From Lama glama (taxonomy: Eukaryota), in contig CM052816.1 of NCBI GenBank assembly GCA_028534125.1, forward strand, positions 5,458,001-5,522,000: a DNA stretch of 64,000 bases, in the 5' to 3' direction. This document shows, piece by piece, positions 1-11,930 of the stretch. The position numbers and the translations under genes were made by a program. The notes under the pieces are model-generated. The model did no database searches and was not told the DNA's origin. It saw only the letters and a list, made by a program, of their open reading frames with translations. Positions within the stretch are counted from its first letter, which is position 1, and each line of letters begins with the position of its first letter.

Positions 1-94
1 ATTTCCTGCCCTCTTGCCTTTGCCCTTGGGGGATCCTCCTCCTAACATCCCTTTCCTCTTTTCTTCATTTATTTTTGTTCACCGAATTTTTAAA

Positions 95-470
95 AACTTT
101 TTGTCATAAAATAATTTCAAATTTATAGAAAAGATGCAAGAAAAGCAAAATGAACTCCTATCTTTCATCCATGTTTGTTGTCAATATTTTTCACATTCAT
201 TTTCTCTTTCATTCTCCCTCTCCCCCATCTATCTGTATCTGTATTTTTTTCCTGAAACATTTGAGAGGAAGTTGAAGACATAATTATTCTATAATCCTAA
301 ATTCTTCAGTGTGTATTTCTTAAGAACATCAAAATCAGGAAATTTAACACTGATATAATGCTATTAACTGATCTATTGTCAATATCCAAATTTTGCCAAT
401 TGTTCCTATAAGATCCTTTATGCTAACTTTTATTTTCCTAGTGCAGGATCCAGTTCAACATTGTTCATTC
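95..470 (-). mobile_element. Old L1 (L1MC-like) 3' end fragment
   Basis: AAATAATTTCAAATTTATAGAAAAGATGCAAG... resembles antisense L1MC 3' ends. Confidence 0.6.
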
Positions 471-649
471 ATTTTCTTGTTGATCAAATACGTCATATGC
501 CAGGCACTGTATAAAGCACTGGAGATAAAATAATGAGGGTGGGAAACAGACACAGCCACTGTCCTCCTGGTGCTTATAGTTTAGTAGAGAGGCATATTAA
601 TTGAATAATCACACTAATTTTAAGTTACTGTAATCACAAACTAAGACAT

Positions 650-706
<57 letters not shown>

Positions 707-885
707 GGCTCTGTGCAGGACACCTGGCTCGTTCAAGGTCAGTAGGAGCTGGGGATGGTGCAGTGGGGAGAGACCTGAAGTGGAGTTTAGCCTGTATTTC
801 AGAACAACATGAAGCCACTGATAGGTCCCCAGGAGAGCCAGCGGCATGATTTACATTTCCAAAAGGCCATTCTGGCTACTGTGTG
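464..885 (-). mobile_element. L2 fragment interrupted by a (GT)n repeat
   Basis: TTCATTCATT...ATGCCAGGCACTGT...CACTGGAGATA typical of the antisense L2 3' end. Confidence 0.6.
652..703 (+). repeat. (GT)26 microsatellite
   Basis: Perfect GT run read directly; explains the THTHTH ORFs. Confidence 0.98.
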
Positions 886-904
886 GAGAAAGATAATGAA
901 AATA

Positions 905-1979
905 TGGGTCAACAATCCCTTAGCCTTGATTTCAGAATCAAGTTTTTTTTTAATAACTCGTTTGGTGACAAACCCTGGATGGACATGAGGCTAATTATAT
1001 ATAGTCTTTATTTATCTACTATGTTTTTGCCACAGAAAAACATACTGTGCTATGATTATGGGAGCAGCCACAGATCCCGCTGGGGCTGTTACATGATGTG
1101 CACTGTATTAACCTCCCTAAATCAGAAAGATTCTTGTGTCACTTATCAATTTATTCCCTCAACTTTGAATACACCTTCTCTGACTACTATGTGAAAATGG
1201 ATCTGAGCCCTTTAACATTTTTCTGCTGCCAGATCACATGAGGTTATCAGTGATCAGTAGATGCTGGAGAGATGCTGCAGGAGGCAGGTATTATTTTCAT
1301 CCTGGTTCTGGTGCATTTGCCAGGCAGACAGCACAAAGGACTTCTCCAGCCCAGGCTCCTGTAGCAAGCACATCTTCTCTGTCATCCACCTTCAGGGACC
1401 ACAGCACCCAGCTGCCAGCAGCTTCCCCCTAAAACCCACTTCCTTGAGCGTTTCTGTCACTAAAAGTGGTATCTCGCCAAGAGTGGTTACCCCACCATGA
1501 ACAGCTTTTCCCAGCACGTTTCACTGGCGTGCCATCAGCTGTGCCATTCAGTAAGCACTGCTATTCCCTCCCCAACAAAGTCAAGATCTTAACCTTGGAG
1601 GTGATGAATGGGGCAGGGAGCTCTTCCTTGAGTGCTCTATCTCAGCCCAGGAGAGGGGTCTTCCTCAGGAATTCTATTTCAACAGGGTGGAGGTGGAGGC
1701 TGTGCTCCGTGGTGCTCCATCTCTGCCCTAGGGCTAGTGGCTGCTCCTGGATCGGCCGTTCCCACATTCTTCAGAACATATTTTGAGTTCTCTTTACTTC
1801 ATAATAGACAATCCTTCATGACTCCAATCTCCTGTCACAGTTAATAATTCTTTATATTAAATGTTCCACATTCAGATTACTGGGTGGTTTCTCTCTCCTG
1901 ACTGAACCCCAACTAACATAATTCTGAATTCTGAAATCTGCCTCACACAGAGGGTTTAGGCTAAGGGATTCTGGACCTG
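905..1979. mobile_element. Tigger-type (TcMar, MamRep434-like) DNA transposon split by an LTR
   Basis: Imperfect terminal inverted repeats GGTCAACAATCCCTTAGCCT (~907) and AGGCTAAGGGATTCTGGACCTG (~1958-1979); halves 905-1134 and 1921-1979. Confidence 0.7.
1135..1920 (+). mobile_element. ERVL solo LTR, MER54-like
   Basis: Starts TGTGTC; contains TGTGAAAATGGATCTGAGCCCTTTAA; ends ...CTCCTGACTGAACCCCAACTAACATA; 5-bp TSD ATTCT (1130-1134, 1921-1925). Confidence 0.8.
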
Positions 1980-1984
1980 ACATA

Positions 1985-2200
1985 GTAACAACTTCTATGT
2001 ACCACGTTTCATATGCCAGGCACGATTCCAAGTGCTTTGTGTACATGAATTAATTTAATCCTGATAACTACCCTGTGAGGTAGATACTATTCTTGTTTCC
2101 ATTTTAAAAGAGGAAGCAAAGAGGTTCAGCAACTTTCCCAAAGTCAGACAGCCACTAAAGAAAGGGCAGCGGGATCCAAACCCAGGTAAACCTGTAGCCT
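1985..2200 (-). mobile_element. MIR SINE
   Basis: MIR core: ATGCCAGGCAC...AATCCT...ACCCTGTGAGGTAG...CCATTTTA...GAGGAA...CCCAAAGTCAGACAGC. Further MIR fragments near 3130-3300, 6210-6520, 10100-10680, 13270-13370, 15370-15480, 16740-16845, 21150-21260, 25255-25420, 29650-29880, 38130-38340, 41700-41880, 44800-44960, 58950-59090, 60960-61140. Confidence 0.8.
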
Positions 2201-3616
2201 TGGAAGCCTGCGGGTGAGGTGGGGAGGGGGCGAGGAGAGAAGCAGCCACACAGAGATCAGCTCAAAAGCTATCATGCATCCTCTACCGTGTTCTCAGGGC
2301 CCCCTGCTCACATCCCACTGCTCTGGAACTATCTGCCTAGAGGTTCAGCAGGGCCTCGAAGGCAGAGACCATGTCCTTTCCTCCTGCAACGTCAAGTGCT
2401 TAGCAGAGAGCCAGCCTGGGCACGTTCAGGATTTAGTGAAAATCTGCTGGACGAATGACATGTTGAATGGCGTAGAACTACAGACCCCAAAGCCAGCTGA
2501 ACAACAGGCTGAGCCGTCTGGGTCACATTTCGTGCTTGGAGCACTCTGGCCCCGCAAGTGCTGTCCTGGGAGCTCTGCTGTCTCACCTGGCTTCACGTGC
2601 AGACGTCTGACAACTGTTGACAAAATGACTTCCTAGGTCTTCTTCAACTCAACCTCCAGGACCCATCAGAGAGCACATCTGGTCATGTGATTGATCTGCC
2701 CACACCATGCATGTCTCTGGGAACTGTGGGGTGGAGTCCAGCCCATGGACCTGGCCCCACCAGCATTCCAGCCTCTCCCAGGCCCAATCCTGGCTTTACT
2801 TCTTTGGGGCCAGCAACACTGAACCTGGGAGACCCTGCACACGCCACATGCTTTTCCCTACTCTGGGCTTTTGACTGTGCTGTGTCCTCTGCTGGGAACT
2901 CCTGTGCTCCCCTCCACGCCCACCCCAGCCCTTATCCTTCCTGGCTAAACTCTCACTTCCCTTCAAAGATTTAGGCCATGATTTCCTCCTTCAGGAAGCC
3001 TTTCCTGCTCCACCCACCCTGCCCATCTGGGTTAACTAGCTCTGCTGTGTGGCCACATATAACCCTATACCTGCGGCTACCAGAACTAAATCTCACTGAC
3101 TTGTTTGGTGTGTGGAGCCAAGGGTAGTGGTGACCCTGCTGGCCAACCACAGCTCCATCAGTGACCAGCTGTGTGACCTTGGGTGCAACATTTCCCCTCC
3201 CTGAGATAGTGCCCTCATCTATAAAATAGGGATATTTACCATGTGCTTGCTATCGGGTTGCCGTGGAGATTAAGAACATTAAAGTACTTAACACTGTGTC
3301 TAGCCAAAGCAGCCTGCAGGGAAGTTCCTATCACGAGTGTCTGAAGCTCAGGGGCTGCAAGTTACGCATCTTGATGGCTTCACTACCTGGCATGGTGTCC
3401 GGACCACAGCAGAGCGTAGTCAATGAACGAATGGATCCATTCTCCCTCCATCCCTACAGACTGCAACCTGGTACCCCGGCCTCCAGTTCCTCCTGCATTG
3501 CCACATCCACCTTTCTGAGGCACACCTCAGATCTGGCCATCATCTGTGCAAACTCTATCCCTGGCTTCCCTGCATCCTGAGATCCAGCCTCCTGGCCTCC
3601 CAAGCAGAGCCCCTGT

Positions 3617-3658
3617 GATCCAGCCCTCCCTCCCTGCGATCCAGCCCTCCTTCCCTGC
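3617..3658 (+). repeat. 21-bp tandem duplication GATCCAGCCCTCC(C/T)TCCCTGC x2
   Basis: Two adjacent copies with one mismatch; partial copy at ~3581. Confidence 0.85.
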
Positions 3659-4399
3659 AGTGACTCTCTAATGGACATCAAAAGGTCCAGTGACTCTGGC
3701 TTACTCCCTGCTCCTGGATGAGGTTCCCCCCTTTTCTGCCACCTGAGAGACCCCACTCCTTGTATGCACACTTCACTAAATTCCTAATCTTCCTCAGGGC
3801 CACCTGAAAAGTCACCACCTTTCAGAAGTCCTTCCTGACCTCCTCCTGGCATCCTGCAATGCCTGGCTAACCCCTCCCATGGTACGAAGGCTGCTCTGCC
3901 TTGTACACCCCATCACCATGAACTTGACTAGCCCCCTAGGAGAAGAGAGGCTGTTTTCTCTCCCTATCACATAGTAATAACCCTCCCAAATCAATTGAGT
4001 TGGGACCCAGAACAAAAATAAATTGTTGAAATCACTGTAGTTGGAACTCAAAAAAAAGACAATACAGTTGAGTAAAAGGCAGTATGTACCATGCGTTTAC
4101 TCATTGGTATCCAATGGCTTAGCTCATGGCTAAGTTGAAAAAAAAACATTTAAAGAGGCTGATCTCTGAACAAGGAGGATGGCTTTAGCGAGAGAATACA
4201 TACGTGCAGAGTACTGCACTAATCCTCCACAGGAAGGGGGTCTTCCCCATGAATTAAAAAAGGAACTGAAGTAGATGGAGGAGATTAAGTCAATTACCCC
4301 TTTGCAAAGAGTGTTTTGGCCCCCTCCACCCAAACTCAATGCACAAACAACTCATGCTCACACATAAAACAATCTAATGAGAAAATGGAAAATGGTCCA

Positions 4400-4820
4400 T
4401 GTACTGGGTTCCTAAGACTGTCCTAAAAAAGGACCACAAACAGGTGGTTTAGAAGAAAAGTTTACTACCTCACAGTTCTGGAGGCTACAAGTTCAAAGTC
4501 AAGGTGCTGGCAAGGCCAGGCTCCCTCCAAAGCCTCTGGGGGAGGATGTGTCCTTGCCTCTCCCAGTGCTGGAAGCCTCAGGCCTCCCCGGTTTAATGGT
4601 AGAAAAGCTCTAATCTCTGCCTCAGTCTTCACATGGCCGTCTCCCTGCTCTGATAAGGACACCAGTTCATCACATAGACCACGCTGCTCCAGCACCCACC
4701 ATCTCATCGTAACCAAATACACCTGCAATGGCCCTATTTCCAAAGAAGGTCACAGTCTGAGGTAGTGGGCTTGGGACTTCAACGTACCATTTGGCGGGGG
4801 GGCATGATTCAGTCCATTCA
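4400..4820 (-). mobile_element. MaLR solo LTR (MLT1B/C-like)
   Basis: TGTACTGGGTTCCTAAGACTG...CTCACAGTTCTGGAGGCTACAAGTTCAAAGTCAAGGTG...ATTCAGTCCATTCA; TCCA on both flanks. Confidence 0.85.
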
Positions 4821-4914
4821 TCCAATTAATGGGGGACGTGGTCCTTGGAGAAGGACCCAACCAAAGTCACACAGCAACTGAAGGCATCTCCCCCCACCAG
4901 GAAGAGACCAGAAT

Positions 4915-5105
4915 AGGGGTCAGCAAATCGTGCCTGCCAATCAGCCTGCTGCCTAGTTTTGCAAATAAAGTGTTATTGGCACACAGCATGCCCATTCATT
5001 TCTGTACCATTTCTGGCTGCTTTCACACTACAATGACAGGCCTGAGACCTGCACTACAATCACGGCAGAGACCACATGGTCTACAAAACCTAAAATAGTC
5101 TCTGG
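4915..5105. mobile_element. hAT-Charlie MER58A-like
   Basis: GGGGTCAGCAAA...GTTTTGCAAATAAAGTGTTATTGGCACACAGC...GGCTGCTTTCACACTACAATG...AAAACCTAAAATA. Confidence 0.8.
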
Positions 5106-7321
5106 ATGAAAAGAATACATAAAATGCACTGGCCACATATGGGGACAGAGCTAGAGACAGGAGGAAGCCACAGAGCAGCTCTCTGAGACCCCTTCTCTCC
5201 AGCTGGAAGCCCACCCAAGGGACTGTCCTGCTAGGAAGGCCCGTTCAACATGACTTCCCTCTGCCTAGTGAAACGGCAAAACACAGCCCTGTAACATTCA
5301 GGCCACTAAAGTTGTACAAATTAGATTCTGTAAGCATTTCCAAGAGACAGAACTTAATTCTAATGGGAAGATGAGAGAAGACTTTCTGGGAAAAGAAAGA
5401 CTTGAGAGGAGCCTGCACAGATAAATAGTGGACACTCAATAAATCCTCTCGGCCACCCTGAGCCACATTAGACTGACTACCTAGGACTCTGCTGAGCTAA
5501 AGGAAGTGAGTTCCCCACTGGAGGTGTTCAAACCAAAGACAACTGACCATCTGGCAGGGATGAGGCTGGGAGAGTCAAGGCAAGATGGAAGATAGTCCCT
5601 TGGAATCGTGGATTCCACAGTAGTCGGCTGATGAAGCCTTCTTCAGTCTCACAGCTTATCATATTTGCTGAGAAAGACACATAGGCATAGAGTCAGCTGG
5701 GGATGGAGTCAGGGTGGAGGGAGAGAGACATACACAGAGAGATAGGAGACTGAGACTCAGAGAGGGGTGAAAAAGGTGTACTCACACCCAAAGTCAAACT
5801 ACAGAGGGAGGAAATCCACACCTGGCCTTTTCCCGCCTTAACTGCTACAGAGAAAAAAAGAGCAAAAGCCTGACAGTTGGGGTTAGAACTAAACAAATGT
5901 CCCTTGAATACCTCTGGCTTGGTACCTGGCAGCCTTTCTTAATGTGCCCCATTGTTCCCTGGCCGGGCTCTTGGCTGCCCTTCCTGCTGCCGCCGGGGGA
6001 GGGGAGGGGAAGCAGCCAAGCCAGATCCAGGTTGCAGAGGGAGGCACACCCCAGACACCAGGGCTGACTCCAGGAGGAGACTTCTCGTCCTCCCCAGCAG
6101 GAAAGCTAACATATCAGATGGCAAGACCTGACAACTGTCCAAAGTGACTGGGGCAGGAAGAGTTCCAAGTCTGAAAGCTAATGAGTCCCTCTTACCTGGG
6201 CTCTGCGTGCATGCCAGGAAGGTATTATCCCCACTTTACAGGTGAGGAAGTGGAGGCCGAGAGAGGTTAAATGACTTGCCACAGGCATCAATAAAACATG
6301 GTAATTAAGACTCAGTTAAGCAAGGTTTGAATGTCAGAAATCTGAGTCTGAGTCCCACTACTTCCTTCCTCTGCAGGCCTGAGAAGTTACTCAAGCTTCC
6401 TGAGCCCCAGTTTTCCCACCTGCAAAATGACCACAGTAGGAGCATTTACAACAGTAAAGAAATGGGACGTGCACAGGGCACGGCGCACAACAAGAACACA
6501 ACAAGAAATGATGGTTATTATTACCCCCGTGAGGCCAGGGCACAAAGAGAGCCCAAACTCACAGGCCACTCCAACTATGCCTCGCACCCACACCCAGCAG
6601 CCACCTGGAACCTCTCTAAGGGAAGGTTCCTGTAGGAGGGGATGGAGCTGCAGCCACTCCTGCCCCAGCAAAGGGCCTTGAACTCGGACACGTGGGTGGC
6701 TGTGTTCAGCTGAACTGCCCTCACACAGGCTCTACTTTGCAGAAATGGCCCCGGATGCCTTTGAGCACCACAGCCCACCCTGTCCCCACAAGGCATGTGC
6801 CGTTTCTGCTAGGAAAGCCGTCTTTCCACTCATTTCATAGACTCCTAACATTCCCTCCATAACAGGAATGTACATGCTGGGGTTCCCCGACATGCCAAGA
6901 AGCACAGGCAGAAAACAAAGTAGGCTCTGTGCTCAGCATCGTTTCTAACAAACCTACAGCAGCCCCGGAAGCAGCTGCAACAAACGACATTGGCTGGGGT
7001 GGACCTCAAATTCACAATCCCTAGAGACACAGAGTGGCAAGGTAAGTGGTTCTGGGCTCAGACAGAACAGGAATCATCCAGAGAGAAACTTAAGTGAGTT
7101 TGTTCAGGAGTCTAAGGCTTGTATTTTATATTTCCAAGTAACCATCTTTTTTCTCTGCAAAGCATGTAACCCTCACAGCGAGAAGGACTAGCCTCAGCCT
7201 CCTGGCTCTGTAACCAGACAGGTCACTTAGGCTCTTTGAACTTCGGTTTTTTCATCTGTAAAGTTGAGGCCATCAATCTCTACCATGAAATAAAGAGAAC
7301 ACACTGGACACAGGTTATAAA

Positions 7322-7705
7322 GCAGAGTTCCCCAACTCAAATGTCCCCAGAGGCCAGCACAGTTACATGAAAGGGTGAGGAAGCCAGGTTTGAGACCACA
7401 AAGTGTGGCAGGGCCGTGGCCAGCTGACAGCCTGGAGCCTGTCTAGAGGGGCAGCTGCCATCCAGACCCAGCTACTTTTTCTGATAGTGTAACCCAGACC
7501 CCGCTACCTGACTTTTTCATTTTTCCCCAAAAGCCAGAAGAGAGAATTTTTGTAATGTGGAATATTGCAATGTTTAGGTACTGACAACTTACTAATATTT
7601 AAAAATTAAGACACCCAAATGTCTATGGGCCAGCATTGGGTGAACCACATAAAACACATCTCTGAGCTACATCTGGGCCACAGGCCACCAATTTGCAACC
7701 CCCAC
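7322..7705. mobile_element. hAT-Charlie MER102-like
   Basis: Ends CAGAGTTCCCCAACTCAAATG... and ...GGGCCACAGGCCACCAATTTGCAACCCC resemble MER102 termini. Confidence 0.6.
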
Positions 7706-10700
7706 TAAAGTACACATATAATTTTTTTAAAGTAATACAAAGGTCTAATAAAGTAATGAAAGAAGTTCTCTGAAGGAGACAGCCATTGAGATTTATTATC
7801 AATAAAATAACCAGGAATTCAAACACAACCCCTGGTGCTCCAAAAACAGAGTTACTAACTTTTCACTAAAGTTAGGTGCCAAATTTAGAAACCAGTTATT
7901 TCACAAATAGAGGTGCACACACATACACATTTTAACTGTCAGCAGCTGACTCTGACCAATACTCAGGAGAAAACATGCAAAAATAATAGTTTTCAGTTGA
8001 ACACGTACAATGTGCTTTAGCAGCAGGAAGTAATTTTCACACACACTCCCCTGCCAGATGTTCCAACCTGTTCCGTTTAAGAAACTCCCTTCCTCCAAAG
8101 CCCCGCCAGCCCCCTCTGCTCAGCAGCCCTGATCTCTTCCTCTTCCAGGAGGCTGACACGTGTAACCTGGAGGAGACCTGTCCAAACACACAACCCTGGT
8201 TGACTGGGCTCTGGAGGCTGCCCGAGTCAGGCTCCCAGGTGGTGTGTGGGACCCGCTATAGCCCTGCACTGGGCCATTCGGCTCATGGAAGAGCCTTCTG
8301 GAGCCGATACAAAGGATCCAAGAACCAGGCTCATGGGGCCCTCAGCAATAACTTTCTCTCGTCCAGGGAAGAGGGAGGACTTCCCCAGTGTCAGAGGGCC
8401 AGGTGGGGGTGAGGCAGCAGGAGGAAGCCTCGGGCTGTGTGCTCCACTCAAGGGAGACACCTGGGCTGGAATCCTGTTTCTATCACTTCCTAGCAGTATG
8501 GCCTGCATATGTCACGAAACCTCTGCGATACTCAGTTATCCCATCTTTCACGCAATTAATCACCATCATGACACGATGAGTGCTGATTTGCTCATTTTAG
8601 AAGAAGGCAGAGCTGGGCCTGCGAATCAGGGGTCTGGTTCCCAATCGCATACTCTCTCCAGCTTAAGGGAGAGGTTCACAGAGTTTCCACAATGCAACCC
8701 CTTCCCAGGGAGGCCCTTAGTTCAGTACCTGCCCCAGGCATCTCACCCTTGCCCCTGCAGCAGGAAGGCACAGCAACTATCCTGGAAGGGCAACAGATCA
8801 CAGGCACCAGCAGAAGACAAAGCTTGAGGGCCCACTGCAGAGGGATTTGCAAAGTGCACCGACCATCCCAGATCCGGATTGGACTCTGAGCCATTTGTAT
8901 TTGACACAGTGCCATGACTGTCGACAGAGCTCCCCAGGAAGAGCTGGCTGGCAACTGGGGAGACTGCAGATACAGGCACTCCCCGGGAATAGAGCTGCAA
9001 AGTGCTCCTGGGGGCAGGGGAGCAAACACCTGAGGAAGGCAAGGTCCGCCTACTGGGTGTGCCGACAAGTCAGGGACATGGGTAGAGAGAAGAGAGCTCC
9101 CCAGTGGACTCTCAGCAGGATTTGTAGAACATGTGGCTCCTTTGCCCACCCCAGACTGGCCTGAGCAGGCTCCCCAGGGATTCGGAAACACCTTTAGTCC
9201 CAGAAGAACAATCCCTCAAGGCTAGGCCTCCTGCACTGGGCCAGCCCTCACCGAGCACCCACACACCATTCATTCACTCGCCTGCTTCTTCAGTTCCACA
9301 GCAAATGGTGTACAATCAAGAGTGAGTGACTGGGGTCGAGACTCCCTCCTGCCTTCAGAGCATACAGTCTGGACAGATCAAAAACAATGATGACACTGCA
9401 TGATACATTGACAGAAAGGGCTCTGGACCCGGAAGGAGAGGACTCTACCCCAGGCTGCCCTAGCAGGGATGAGTCAGGTTCAAGGGGCGAGGTGGTAGGG
9501 GAAAGGGTGTCAGGGGCAAGGGAGCAGTGTGTGTGGTGGCCCAGAAGCCCTTGGAATACATGGACAGGGGCAGGGAGGGAGGAGCAGAAAGAAACACAAG
9601 GCCACGCCTCCCTGGAAGGGCCACTGGTCTGGGTGGGCAGATGAGAAAGCCAAGGCTCAGGGGAACCAAGGTGTGTGAGTGACCCCTGGGGGCTGGAGTG
9701 ACCAAAGAATACTTCCTGGAGGCAGCAAAGAACACTGCCTAGAAGGACGCAGAGGATCTGGGTTCTCTCCCAGCGGAGACCCCCATGATTGCTTCAGATT
9801 CCAGAGAGTCAGGGAGTGGAGTACAAAGTAGCCTGTGTGTGCACGACCCCCTCCCCACCTCCATTAACCAGAGACACGTCTGGCCCTGCTCCATTTCTGA
9901 AGCCTGTGCTGTGAGGCCAACCACCTATCCACCTTCCAGACAACGACAACAGAAGTGTCCCTCCCCAGTTCTGCCACAGGGAGGCCAAGAATGCTCCCTG
10001 CTACCACCCAGGCATGTCCCACCAGCAGCGGCACCACCCACCCACCCAGTGCCTTCTGTACCAAGCCGGTGACTCTTTCAACCCTCAGAACTACCCCTCC
10101 ACCCCCCATATAGTTAACATTATCCCCATTCTATAGCCCAAGATCTCCAGGCATGGAGGTCAACTGACTTGCCCAAGGCCAGGGATCTGAATCACGCAAT
10201 GCAGCTAGAGCCCAGCAAGCTGCCCCACAGTGTCTCAAAACAGGGGCATTGGGGAATCTTCTTTGCCAACACGGGCTTTGGCAGGTGGGGTGAAGGTTCC
10301 TTTTCAAGGTCATCGAGTGACCTTGTGGGCTCCTCCTTGGCCACTAAAGCTCAGTCATAGAGTAGTGGTCTCTTCCCTCTGCACAGACATCGGGGCTCCC
10401 ACAGCAGCCTCGCAGAAGGGGTGGAGGGATGGGGTGGAAAGCAGAGCCTCTGCACTGCTGGGCACTGGGGCGGAGGCTCACAGGCTTATACACCAGCTCC
10501 ACCCCCACAAGCTGTGCATCCTCGGGCAAATCCCTGCACCTCTGTGAGCCTCCACTCCCTCACCGGCTGCTACCTGCTTATAATTGTGCGTATGAAATAA
10601 GACATACAGGTAAAGGACTTATTAGTCCAATGCGGAGCAGAATAAGCACTAAATAAATGGTAGCTGCTGTTATTATCATTAATATCATCATCTTCATTAT

Positions 10701-11494
10701 CATCTCCATCATCACTTTTCTTGTTAGTGTCATCTCATCCTGTGGCTCTTATCCTCTGAGAACGCTGAAGACAATTCAGCATCCGAAGCTCAGAGTTCTC
10801 TCCAAACCAAAGGGAAGGAAGAAACGGCCTGCTTTTTTTCCCTTCCCTCTCCTATCTATACTCAGCAGAGGGCAGCAAACAGGAACCATCCAAAGATAAG
10901 AGAGAGAGAAGAGAGACACATGGAGAGAAAGCTACACACTCATAAATACACACCCACCCACCGCAGCAAGCGGAATTGTTTAGCTTCCTCTAGCTTCCAA
11001 AGTATGAACACTCCGCCTCCTCCAGCTAAGAAGGGCCAGGCAGAAAAAAAGTCGAAGCTGAAGAGACAGAAGTTCTTTTTCAGCTTGAGAGAAATTTTCA
11101 ATGAACTGCCTTTTAATCTGTGTGGGGGTTGGGGGAAGGGGCACGGGGAGAGGGACAGCTCTCAGGACGCCTGTGAGGGGAAAGGAAGGCGGCGGCGGAA
11201 CTCAGAAGTAAGATTAAATCAAAGCAGCTTTTAACTGCTCCTCATTTCAACCTCTGCTTACTCTTTGCTGGAAGCGCTCGTGCCTGAGCTTTCCCTGGGA
11301 GGACACGGAGGCCCACAGAGTGAATCATCGCAGTCTGAGGGTGACAGAGCTAGGATGAGAATATGGGCCTTCAGACTGCAGGTTCAGGGATCAAAACTGA
11401 GTCCAGAATGGCAAAGAGGTTTTGCCTCAAGGACCAGGTCTGGTCCCCAAGCACTGGGGACACTGCCTAGGACACTGCAGCAGCAGGATTCTGG

Positions 11495-11930
11495 AGTGGA
11501 CATGTGTTGGCTTCATTCCTAGATTTTGTTTCCCCTCCTTCCCACAAAAGCACCCAGACTTTTCTCTGGGGAACTGCTCTTCCTATGATTTGGGTAGCTA
11601 AACCCCACCCTGGCATAACTCATCCTCCTGACAAATGTGACTGGTTCAGAGAGCACATCAGATCCAAATTGGGCCAATGACACCTAGGGAGATTTGCTAG
11701 AGTTTAAAGATGTTTCCACTGTCTTATAGAGAAGCTAACAGAAGAGGCAAACTCTCTCCTCTAGGATCTGGGTGTGGAAATGAGGTCAGAAAGAGCTACA
11801 ATCATTTTTTGCTACCCTGGAGGCTCAGTCTAGGACGTGAGCCTCTAGTTCATACCACACCTGAAGTCAACTGCAATTGCAGAAGCTAATATACTCCTTA
11901 ATTCAGTCTGTTACTTGCAACAGACAGAGA
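11495..11930 (+). mobile_element. Old MaLR LTR (MLT1K-like)
   Basis: AGCACCCAGACTTTTCTCTGGGGAAC...TGACTGGTTCAG...GGGCCAATGA...TCTGTTACTTGCAAC. Confidence 0.55.

Noticed and set aside
609..847. His/Thr-repeat ORFs
   Set aside because: Translation of the (GT)26 microsatellite.
8246..9191. 193-aa and 171-aa ORFs in intron 1
   Set aside because: No recognisable homology, overlap a MIR remnant, no clear exon signals.
10657..10899. Hydrophobic signal-peptide-like ORF (MVAAVIIINIIIFIIISII...)
   Set aside because: Comes from an (ATC/ATT)n low-complexity tail of a MIR.
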